The notes under the pieces were generated by a model that was given only the letters and a program-made list of their open reading frames with translations, did no database searches and was not told the origin of the DNA. From Candidatus Electronema halotolerans (GTDB lineage Bacteria; Desulfobacterota; Desulfobulbia; Desulfobulbales; Desulfobulbaceae): DNA of 32,000 nt. The DNA lies in assembly GCA_942493095.1 (NCBI GenBank), contig OW818675.1:1020001-1052000 (forward strand), read 5' to 3'. The first letter of the stretch is position 1; each line of letters opens with the position of its first letter. Below are positions 17,271 to 25,261 of this stretch, in pieces. Position numbers and translations under genes: made by a program.

Positions 17271-17588
17271 ATGTCTGAGTTTCACAACGTGACGGTGGTA
17301 AAAAAGGCGAACATCTACTTTGACGGCAAGGTCAGCAGCCGCACTCTTGTTTTTGCGGATGGCTCCAAAAAGACCTTGGGCATCATGCTGCCAGGAGAGT
17401 ATGAGTTCAACACTGATGCCAAAGAGCTGATGGAAATTTTCTCTGGCGAGCTGGAAGTCTTGCTGCCGCAGCATTCAGCTTGGCAGACGATTGCAGGCGG
17501 ACAGTCGTTTGAAGTGCCTGCGCAGGCAAAGTTCCAGCTCAAAGTCAAAAGCACAATGGATTACTGCTGCTCATTTTTAGCCGAGTGA
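17271..17588 (+). CDS. ppnP: Pyrimidine/purine nucleoside phosphorylase PpnP (DUF1255/YaiE)
   Basis: 105 aa from ATG 17271. VVKKANIYFDGKVSSRTLVFADGSKKTLGIMLPGEYEFNTDAKELMEIFSGELEV is typical of the family. The ORF-track start 17151 overlaps aroA. Confidence 0.8.
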   Translation: MSEFHNVTVVKKANIYFDGKVSSRTLVFADGSKKTLGIMLPGEYEFNTDAKELMEIFSGELEVLLPQHSAWQTIAGGQSFEVPAQAKFQLKVKSTMDYCCSFLAE

Positions 17589-17600
17589 TGCAGATCAGGC

Positions 17601-17633
17601 TTGGTCAGATGCGCTGACCAAACCTGTTTTTTT
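17601..17633 (+). terminator. Rho-independent terminator after ppnP
   Basis: TTGGTCAG-ATGCG-CTGACCAA is a perfect 8-bp stem, followed by ACCTGTTTTTTT. Confidence 0.75.
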
Positions 17634-17653
17634 ATACAAAAAACTGACAAAAG

Positions 17654-19279
17654 ATGAAGATATTGTCATACATTGCTGACCTCTTTGCTGGAAAAAGAGC
17701 AGTGAGCAGCACCAAACTTGTTGCATTTGCATCACTGCTTTTTATTCTCTTCTATAACAGGTCATTTTTTCAGCATGTTCTGCTGGTTTACCCGCTTTCT
17801 TGGAAAAATATAGGGTTTCTGCTGTCTTTGAGCTTAGGTGTCACATTGACGATAGCTCTTTTTATCACATTGTTAGCATCAAAATACACGACAAAGCCGG
17901 TAATTATTCTCCTTTTTGTTTTGTCATCATTTTCAATATATTTTATGGACAAATACAATGTTGTCATTGATTATGTTATGATTAAAAATATTTTGCAAAC
18001 TGACTATGAGGAAACATACGACCTCCTGACTTTGAGGATGCTTTGTTATTTCATCGCATTCGGTGCCGTGCCAAGTATTTTTGTTTACAAATTGCGCATA
18101 GAAAAATCTTCCTTGAAGAAATCAGTGCTTTTTAAACTGAGAGATATTTCTGTAATCTGCGTGGTAATTTTTCTTTTGCTGTTCTCCTTCAGCAGATTTT
18201 ACACGTCTTTCTTCAGGGAGCACAAGGAGCTGAGATATTATGTCAATCCAATTTACTACGTTTACTCATTCTGGAAATACGCAGACAAAGAAATCTTTGT
18301 CCGCAAGAAAAAACTTGTTCCTATTGGTCTTGACGCAGCAGTCGAACCTCATGAAAAGAAAAAAATAGTAATTTTTGTTGTTGGTGAGGCGGCAAGAGCT
18401 GATCACTTCTCTCTCAATGGCTATAAGAAAATAACAAATCCTTTGTTGGCAAAAGAAGGTGTTGCAAGTTTCAGCAATGTCTCTTCCTGCGGAACCTCCA
18501 CAGCCTATTCAGTCCCCTGCATGTTTTCCCTCTTTTCACGGGCAGAATTTGACAGCGGCAAAGGAGAAGAATATGAAAACCTTCTTGATCTGTTGCAGCA
18601 CACAGGTTCAGTGGATGTCTTGTGGCGGGACAATAATTCTGATTCAAAAGGTGTGGCCGTGCGTGTTCCGCATCAGGATTACAAAAGTTCTGCATTGAAT
18701 ACAATTTGTGCAGACGGAGAATGCCGCGATGAGGGCATGCTGGTCGGCTTGGATCAGTATATTGCCCAGCATGCCAGCAACGATATTTTAATCGTTTTGC
18801 ATCAGATGGGCAATCATGGTCCTGCTTATTACAAAAGATATCCGAAAGAATTCGCAAAATTCACTCCAGCCTGTCTGACAAATGAATTGGAAGAATGCAG
18901 TGCTGACGAGATCATTAATGCTTATGACAACGCCCTGCTTTATACGGATTATTTTTTGAAAAAAGTGATTGATTTTTTGAAAAAATATGATCCATCGCAT
19001 GATGTCGCCCTGCTCTACTTCAGTGATCATGGCGAAAGCCTGGGTGAGAATGGCGTATATCTGCATGGCATTCCGTACATTATCGCCCCGGAAGCCCAGA
19101 CGCATATTGGCGCGGTGATGTGGTTTGGCAGTCATTTGCAAAAGAAGCTCGATATGAAGGAATTAGCAAAGCATAAGAACAAAAAATACAGTCATGACAA
19201 TATATTCCACACTCTGCTCGGCCTGTTCCATGTTCAAACAAATCTGTACGAAAAACAATTGGATATGCTGGTGCCTTGA
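17654..19279 (+). CDS. eptA: Phosphoethanolamine-lipid A transferase, EptA/MCR family
   Basis: 541 aa. Five N-terminal TM helices plus a sulfatase-fold domain. FVVGEAARADH, SCGTSTAYSVPCMFS, LHQMGNHGPAYYKRY, NAYDNALLYTD and FSDHGESLGENGVYLHGIP are nearly identical to the MCR-1/EptA catalytic motifs as I remember them. All three Cys pairs are present. Confidence 0.9.
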   Translation: MKILSYIADLFAGKRAVSSTKLVAFASLLFILFYNRSFFQHVLLVYPLSWKNIGFLLSLSLGVTLTIALFITLLASKYTTKPVIILLFVLSSFSIYFMDKYNVVIDYVMIKNILQTDYEETYDLLTLRMLCYFIAFGAVPSIFVYKLRIEKSSLKKSVLFKLRDISVICVVIFLLLFSFSRFYTSFFREHKELRYYVNPIYYVYSFWKYADKEIFVRKKKLVPIGLDAAVEPHEKKKIVIFVVGEAARADHFSLNGYKKITNPLLAKEGVASFSNVSSCGTSTAYSVPCMFSLFSRAEFDSGKGEEYENLLDLLQHTGSVDVLWRDNNSDSKGVAVRVPHQDYKSSALNTICADGECRDEGMLVGLDQYIAQHASNDILIVLHQMGNHGPAYYKRYPKEFAKFTPACLTNELEECSADEIINAYDNALLYTDYFLKKVIDFLKKYDPSHDVALLYFSDHGESLGENGVYLHGIPYIIAPEAQTHIGAVMWFGSHLQKKLDMKELAKHKNKKYSHDNIFHTLLGLFHVQTNLYEKQLDMLVP

Positions 19280-19447
19280 TAATTTCTTTGCTTGGACACC
19301 GTGCGATGCACTACAATGAGAGCAGGATGAATTTCCGAAAAGACAGACTGTTTTCCCGCTTTGCTGCCGCTTCGCCGCTGTTGGGCTGAAAGCTGAATTT
19401 TCCCGTATCATGCCGCTCCGCAAATATCCTCCAAAGACCGCATTGCC

Positions 19448-20827
19448 ATGCCTCATGTCCTGATTGTTGATGACGAGCAAAGTGTGCGGGATTTCCTCAG
19501 CATTCTCTTTCAGCGAGATGGCTGTCAGGTGACAACGGCGCCAGATGCGGAGACTGCCTTGACTGCGGCAGCCGGAGCAGACGACTTTGATGTGGTGATC
19601 ACGGATGTCCGCATGCCGGGGATGAGCGGACTGGAGCTGCTGGCTGAACTCAAACACCACCGCCCGGACCTGCCGGTGGTCATGGTCACTGCCTTTGCCT
19701 CGCCTGATGACGCAGTGCAGGCCATGCGCAACGGGGCCTTTGATTACATCACCAAGCCGTTCAATGTTGATGAGCTGCGCAAGGTGGTCAGAACCGCCGC
19801 AGCCAAGCGCAAAAAAGGTGCTGCCGCAGAGCCTGCGGAGGAATTTTCCGGCATCATCGGCTCCAGCCCGGAGATGCTGAAAATTTTCGATCTGATCCGT
19901 CGGGTCGCGCCCACACCGGCCAGCGTGCTGATCTACGGCGAATCCGGCACTGGCAAGGAGCTGATTGCCAAGGCCATCCACAACCTTTCCAAAGCAGCGA
20001 AAAATTCTTTTGTGCCGATCAATTGCAGCGCCATCCCGGAAAGCCTGATGGAAAGCGAGCTGTTCGGCCATGCTAAAGGCTCGTTCACCGGGGCAGTGAC
20101 AGACAAAATAGGGCTGTTTGAGCAGGCCCACACCGGCACCCTGTTTCTCGACGAAATCGGTGAACTCGACCTGTCCATCCAGACCAAGCTGCTGCGGGTG
20201 CTGCAGGAGCGGGAAGTCATGCCGGTCGGCTCAACCAAGAGCAAACGGGTCGATGTGCGGATTGTCTCGGCCACCAACCGCAATCTGGAAGAGGAGGTCA
20301 TGGCCAAGCGGTTCCGGGAGGACCTGTTCTACCGCTTGGCCGTGGTGCCGCTGCGGATGCCGCCGCTGCGTGAGCGCAAAGGCGACGTGCCCATTTTAGT
20401 TGATCATTTTCTCAAGAAATATGCCAAGCTGATGGGAAAAGAGGCGCAGACCATGTCCTCTTATGGTTTGGAAGTCTTGATGAACTACAATTTCCCTGGT
20501 AATGTGCGGGAATTGGAGAACATCATTGAGCGGGGCGTGGCCTTGGAGTCCTCCAGCATCATCCTCCCGGAAAGCCTGATCCTTTCCCGCAAGGAGCAGA
20601 AGGATGCCGCTCCGCCGTCCGCTGCGGAAGAGCCATTTTTTATCGGTGCCGAGAATGAGGAGGAACTGTTTGACCGGGGGCTGGAGGAGTGCATTGCCAG
20701 CATGGAGAAAAAGATGATCAAGCATGCGATTGAGGCTGCTGAGGGATCAAAGATGCGGGCTGCTGATCTGCTCAAAATCAGCTTCCGCTCCCTGCGATAC
20801 AAGGCGAAAAAATATGAGATTGACTGA
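19448..20827 (+). CDS. Sigma54-dependent response regulator (NtrC/AtoC family)
   Basis: Receiver VLIVDDEQSVRD...VVITDVRMPGMSG...KPF. AAA+ module GESGTGKE, ESELFGHAKGSFTGA and FLDEIGEL. C-terminal Fis-type HTH AADLLKISFRSLRYKAKKY. Confidence 0.9.
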   Translation: MPHVLIVDDEQSVRDFLSILFQRDGCQVTTAPDAETALTAAAGADDFDVVITDVRMPGMSGLELLAELKHHRPDLPVVMVTAFASPDDAVQAMRNGAFDYITKPFNVDELRKVVRTAAAKRKKGAAAEPAEEFSGIIGSSPEMLKIFDLIRRVAPTPASVLIYGESGTGKELIAKAIHNLSKAAKNSFVPINCSAIPESLMESELFGHAKGSFTGAVTDKIGLFEQAHTGTLFLDEIGELDLSIQTKLLRVLQEREVMPVGSTKSKRVDVRIVSATNRNLEEEVMAKRFREDLFYRLAVVPLRMPPLRERKGDVPILVDHFLKKYAKLMGKEAQTMSSYGLEVLMNYNFPGNVRELENIIERGVALESSSIILPESLILSRKEQKDAAPPSAAEEPFFIGAENEEELFDRGLEECIASMEKKMIKHAIEAAEGSKMRAADLLKISFRSLRYKAKKYEID

Positions 20828-20886
20828 AACACCGGAAATCAGGCTCAAGATGATTTCCTCTCTTTTCTGCGGCAGGAACTGCATTC

Positions 20887-22617
20887 ATGAGCAGCAAGGC
20901 TAAATTCATCCGGGAGCTGGCTCCGCAGCAGAATACGGGCGAGCAGCTGCGCCTGCACATCCTCTGGCTGCTGCTGATCCGCATTCTGCTCTTCACCCTG
21001 CTGATTGCCGTCACTGTGGTGCTGCAAAAAAAAGGCGGCGACATCATCATCCTGCCGCCGCCCGCAGTGACGATGGCCTTTGTCGGGGTGGTCTTTGTCT
21101 ATTCCATCGGCTCGGCAGGTCTGCTCCAGAACATGATCCGGCATCTGACCCGCTTTGGTCTGATTCAGCTCCTTTCTGATGCCGTCTTCGCCGCCCTCTT
21201 GGTCGCAGGCACTGGCTGCAGCCAGTCGATTTTCACGCCAGTGTTCATTTTTCCTGTGATCGCAGGGGGCATGACCCTGAACCGCACTGGCGGCCTGATC
21301 GCGGCGGCGGCAGCCTCCCTGCTCTACGGCGGCATTCTGATCAGCGAATATCTCGGTTATATTCCCCAGTTTTATGCCCAGACCCGCTATGTGCCGCCGA
21401 CCGATTACCTTACCTTGACCAATGTTTATACGGTCTATGGAATCACTTTTTTCACCATTGGCTTTCTCAGCAGCCTGCTGGCCGGACGGCTGCGGCGGAC
21501 TGAAGAGGCGCTTTCGCAGACCTCGGTCCAGTTTGACCGGCTCAATCAGCTCTACAAACAGGTTTTTGACGACATCAGCACCGGCATTGTCACGGTTGAC
21601 GGACGCAACCGGGTGACCTCCTGCAACCCGGCTTTTGCCCGGATCAGCGGCTATGCTGCCGCAGAGATCATCGGACTGTCTTTCAGCTCCTTCTTTCCCG
21701 CCGCCATGCTGACTGAGACGGATCAAAGCAGGCAGGTGGCGGATCTGGCCAAAAAAGACGGCGGAACAGTGCGGGCTAGGCACACCTTTGCCCGGCTCAA
21801 TTTGCCTCATGATCCGGCAGTGGATGATCCAAGCGATGCCCAGTGCAAGGTGATCACAGTGCAGGACATCAGCCAGCTCGAACAGATGGAGCGGCAGATG
21901 CGGGCAGCGGAAAAGATGGCCGCCATCGGCGAACTGAGCGCGGCCATTGCCCATGACTTCCGCAATCCGATTGCCGCCATTTCCGGCTCGGCCCAGCTCC
22001 TGAAAAACATTCATGCCGCAGACAGCAGCCCTGACCCGGCCAGCCGGGCCAACCGCCATCTGACTGAGATCATTCTCCGGGAAACCACCCGGATGGAAAA
22101 GACCATCACAGACTTTCTCCAGTTTGCCCGGCCCGCAGACCTCAGTCCTGAATGGTTTGATCTCAGGCGGCTGGCTGAGGAGACCATTCTCCAAGTCAAA
22201 GACCGGGACTCCTGCCCGCTGGAAGCAATGATTGAGACTGATATCACCGAGCATCTGGACTGCTGGGCTGACCGGCAGGCCGTGCAGGCGCTCTTGGCTC
22301 ATCTCTTAGAAAACAGCTGCGCGGCGGCGGCCAAGACTGCGGCCTGGCCGGTGCTGATTCAAGCCCGCGAGCAGCGGACAGGGGAACGCAACTGCATCTG
22401 CATTGCCGTGCTCGACCAAGGCCCCGGCATTGCCGCCAATATCCGCGAGATGATTTTCATCCCCTTCTTTTCAACCAAGTCCAACTGCGCCGGGCTGGGG
22501 CTGGCAATAGTCAAGCAGATCGCGGAGCAGCACGGCGGCACGGTCAAGCTGCTGGAGGTGGAGCAAGGCTGCGCAATTGAGGCCTGCCTGCCGCTGCCTG
22601 CCCTGCCGGACGAATAG
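20887..22617 (+). CDS. Polytopic sensor histidine kinase (multi-TM, PAS, HisKA, HATPase; PilS-like architecture)
   Basis: About six hydrophobic helices lie in the first ~200 aa. PAS-like GIVTVDGRNRVTSCNPAFARISGY. H-box AAIAHDFRNPIAAISGSAQLL. G-boxes VLDQGPGI and GLGLAIVKQIAEQHGG. Confidence 0.85.
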   Translation: MSSKAKFIRELAPQQNTGEQLRLHILWLLLIRILLFTLLIAVTVVLQKKGGDIIILPPPAVTMAFVGVVFVYSIGSAGLLQNMIRHLTRFGLIQLLSDAVFAALLVAGTGCSQSIFTPVFIFPVIAGGMTLNRTGGLIAAAAASLLYGGILISEYLGYIPQFYAQTRYVPPTDYLTLTNVYTVYGITFFTIGFLSSLLAGRLRRTEEALSQTSVQFDRLNQLYKQVFDDISTGIVTVDGRNRVTSCNPAFARISGYAAAEIIGLSFSSFFPAAMLTETDQSRQVADLAKKDGGTVRARHTFARLNLPHDPAVDDPSDAQCKVITVQDISQLEQMERQMRAAEKMAAIGELSAAIAHDFRNPIAAISGSAQLLKNIHAADSSPDPASRANRHLTEIILRETTRMEKTITDFLQFARPADLSPEWFDLRRLAEETILQVKDRDSCPLEAMIETDITEHLDCWADRQAVQALLAHLLENSCAAAAKTAAWPVLIQAREQRTGERNCICIAVLDQGPGIAANIREMIFIPFFSTKSNCAGLGLAIVKQIAEQHGGTVKLLEVEQGCAIEACLPLPALPDE

Positions 22618-22774
22618 CTGGCTTCCTTGCATCATCCCATCACTGGTTTTCCTGTTGCGCATTGCCGGACAGCGCAGTAAAGAGAGATGTCAGAAGGCGG
22701 CAGAAAGGAGGAGGGATGCTGCCGCTTGGACATCAACAGGGACAGGGTCATGGACGCTGCCCCGAAGGGGAAAC

Positions 22775-23839
22775 ATGATGACATCTGAAGAGCTGCTCAA
22801 GAAAATTCAAAAGGCTGCGGACAGCAAGGTGGCCCGCTTCAACCTCATCGGCGCCCGGCTGACCGAGCTGCCGCCCGCGCTTTTTGAGCTGACCTGGCTG
22901 GAGGAGCTGAACCTGCGTGGCAACTGCCTGACCGAGCTGCCGCCGGAGATCGCCCGGCTGACCCAGCTGCGCGCTCTCAACTTGGGCGGCAACAGCCTGA
23001 GCTGTTTTCCTGAGCAGATTGCCAGCCTGAGCTGCTTGGAGGAACTGTACCTGCCCAACAACGGCCTGACCGAGCTGCCGCCAGCCATTGGCCAGCTCAC
23101 CAGTCTGACCGAGCTGAACCTGAGCGGCAATAGTCTGACCGAGCTGCCGCCCGAAATCGGGCGGCTGACCCAGCTGCGCACACTTTTGTGCAATGGCAAC
23201 CGCCTGACCTGCCTGCCGCCCGCGCTCTTCCAGCTCACCAGCTTGGAGGAGCTGAACGTGGACAGCAACCGTCTCGGCACTCTGCCGCCAGAAATCGGCC
23301 AGCTTGCCAGCCTGACTGAGCTGTCCCTTCTTGACAACAACTTGCGCAGTCTGCCGCCGGAAATCGGCCAGTTGCGCAGCCTGACCCACATCTATCTGGG
23401 CGGCAACCATCTGCGCGGTCTGCCGCTGGAAATCACCCGGCTGGCCGGTCTGCAAGTCCTTTGCATAGGCAACAACAACCTGACCGAGCTGCCGCCGGAA
23501 ATCTGCCAGCTCTCCGGGTTGACTGAGCTGAACCTGCACAGCAACCATCTCAGCACCTTGCCGCCGGAAATCGCCCGCCTGACCAGCTTGGAGTCAATCT
23601 GCCTGTACGGCAACGAGTTGGACTCGGTCTCACCCGTCCTTCTGCGGCTGCCCTGCCTGATTGAACTGAATCTGCACAGCAACCATCTCAGCAGCCTGCC
23701 GCCGGAGATCATCCAGCTCAGGAGCCTGGCCGAGCTGATGCTGGACAACAACCCGCTGGTCTCGCCGCCGCTGGAGATTGCCGAGCAAGGCATTGAGGCG
23801 GTGCGGGAGTACTTCGCAGAGGCTGAGGCAACAGCATAG
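22775..23839 (+). CDS. Stand-alone leucine-rich repeat protein (14 x 23-aa LRR)
   Basis: 354 aa from ATG 22775 (GAAGGGGA upstream). There are 14 units of the type LxELxLxxNxLTELPPEIgqLtx. It ends NPLVSPPLEIAEQGIEAVREYF. ORF-track start 22577 overlaps the kinase gene. Confidence 0.9.
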   Translation: MMTSEELLKKIQKAADSKVARFNLIGARLTELPPALFELTWLEELNLRGNCLTELPPEIARLTQLRALNLGGNSLSCFPEQIASLSCLEELYLPNNGLTELPPAIGQLTSLTELNLSGNSLTELPPEIGRLTQLRTLLCNGNRLTCLPPALFQLTSLEELNVDSNRLGTLPPEIGQLASLTELSLLDNNLRSLPPEIGQLRSLTHIYLGGNHLRGLPLEITRLAGLQVLCIGNNNLTELPPEICQLSGLTELNLHSNHLSTLPPEIARLTSLESICLYGNELDSVSPVLLRLPCLIELNLHSNHLSSLPPEIIQLRSLAELMLDNNPLVSPPLEIAEQGIEAVREYFAEAEATA

Positions 23840-23859
23840 CCAAGGCTTGGCCGCCGTGC

Positions 23860-23894
23860 CCGCCCCAAGAGGAGGCACTTTTCTTTTGGGGCGG
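23860..23894 (+). promoter_or_regulatory. Intercistronic stem-loop that sequesters an AGGAGG element
   Basis: CCGCCCCAAGAG (23860-23871) pairs with CTTTTGGGGCGG (23883-23894) for about 12 bp including one G-U. AGGAGG spans the 5' arm and the loop. There is no 3' T-run, so it is not a canonical terminator. Confidence 0.5.
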
Positions 23895-23968
23895 CAGAAG
23901 CCTGAGCAAGAAGGCATTGTTCCGGCACCGGCAGGGGCTGCGCGGTTCCAGCAAGTGCGGCGGCTTCT

Positions 23969-25246
23969 GTGCTGAAGATTGCTCTGCCGGCAATTTTGGC
24001 GCAAAAGAATGCAGGCCCTGCTCCAGAGCCACATTGGCGGACAGCTCAAGCGCTGGCTGTAAATTTAGATAATTCTACTTGGCTGCCTCAACTTGCTGCG
24101 GATGGTGGAGGCAACGCACTTGCAGCATGGCCACAAACAGGTGGCTTTTACAGCCGTCGTTATCAGGTTCGCACCGGCTGGCTGGGCGCGGAATACGCAG
24201 GAGGAGGAGGCAAGGAACTACAGATAGCAATGAACTCCGACGGCAAAGCAGTTGCTGTCTGGACGAAATATGATGGAGAAACTGATGAGGCGTATATTTA
24301 TGCCCAGCTCTACACAACAGGTTCTGGCTGGGCTGAAGCAGCGCTGATTGGCAGCAGCGAGATGCCAACGATGAATCCTGTTGCTGCGATGGATTCATCT
24401 GGCAATGTTCTGGCTGTTTGGACAGAAGGCGGCAGGCCGTTCACCAATCTTTGCTCAAGTCGCTATGAAATTAGCAGCAACAGTTGGACAAGTCCACTAC
24501 AGGAACATTACGGTTCAGATGTGACATATCCTGTTCTGGGCATGGATGCTGCTGGCAATGCTGTTCTTGCTTGGCGGCAGCGGGGAGTCAACACCTATCA
24601 TGCCTTTGCCAGACGCTATGAGATTGGTACTGGCTGGGGAAGTCCTGAGCTAATTGAGCAAGACAGCGGCTCCGTGGAAGTGACAACCATAGAGTCTCCG
24701 CGAATTTCTGTCAATGCTGTAGGTGATGCAGTTGCGGTTTGGCAGCAGTCTGGTGAAAATTGGGGAACATGGACGAATAGATATGAAGCAGGCAGCGGCT
24801 GGGGTGCTGCGCAGCTTTTGGCCGACAATACCGGCGCATCTGATATTGCTCTTGATGCGGATGGTAATGCCGTGGCAGTCTGGCAGCAATCGGATGGAAT
24901 CCGCACAAATATCTGGGCCAGCCGCTACACAGTCAGCAGCGGCTGGGGAAGTGCCGAGCTGATTGAGACAAATGACAGCGGCGATGCCCAGCGTCCAAAA
25001 ATCGCTGTGGATGAAGACGGCAACGCTGTTGCTGTCTGGCAGCAGTCTGACGGGACGCACACGCAAATTTGGGCCAACCGCTATGCAGTTGGCAGCGGCT
25101 GGGGCGCAGCTCAGAGCATTGAGACAGAAAACAGCGATGATGCGGACGGGCCGCGGCTTGTCATGTCGGCAACAGGCAAGGCTGTTGCTATTTGGCGGCA
25201 GTTTGATGGAACGCAGTACAGCATCTGGGCGAATCGCTTTGAATAA
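23969..25246 (+). CDS. Repeat protein of unknown family: 8 x ~45-aa units (GNAVAVWQQSDG...IWANRY..GSGWG.A..IE), probably a beta-propeller
   Basis: 425-aa ORF with strong internal periodicity at both protein and DNA level. No signal peptide is visible. The start is uncertain: GTG 23969 has no good SD, and the first in-frame ATG is 86 codons in. Confidence 0.7.
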   Translation: MLKIALPAILAQKNAGPAPEPHWRTAQALAVNLDNSTWLPQLAADGGGNALAAWPQTGGFYSRRYQVRTGWLGAEYAGGGGKELQIAMNSDGKAVAVWTKYDGETDEAYIYAQLYTTGSGWAEAALIGSSEMPTMNPVAAMDSSGNVLAVWTEGGRPFTNLCSSRYEISSNSWTSPLQEHYGSDVTYPVLGMDAAGNAVLAWRQRGVNTYHAFARRYEIGTGWGSPELIEQDSGSVEVTTIESPRISVNAVGDAVAVWQQSGENWGTWTNRYEAGSGWGAAQLLADNTGASDIALDADGNAVAVWQQSDGIRTNIWASRYTVSSGWGSAELIETNDSGDAQRPKIAVDEDGNAVAVWQQSDGTHTQIWANRYAVGSGWGAAQSIETENSDDADGPRLVMSATGKAVAIWRQFDGTQYSIWANRFE

Positions 25247-25261
25247 AAGGAAAAAAGACTG

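Noticed and set aside
22618-22640. Sigma54-type promoter (CTGGCTTCCTTGCA) downstream of the NtrC-type regulator and kinase pair. I also scanned other intergenic regions by eye for TGGCAC-N5-TTGC.
   Set aside because: The GG-to-GC spacing here is about 3 nt too short for a -24/-12 promoter. I found no convincing match elsewhere, so the regulator's target is probably outside the window or too degenerate to call by eye.
22860-23760. Regular ~69-nt DNA periodicity that could suggest a CRISPR array or satellite.
   Set aside because: The repeats are in frame and encode 23-aa leucine-rich repeats of one continuous ORF. There are no unique spacers between conserved repeats, and no cas genes occur in the window.
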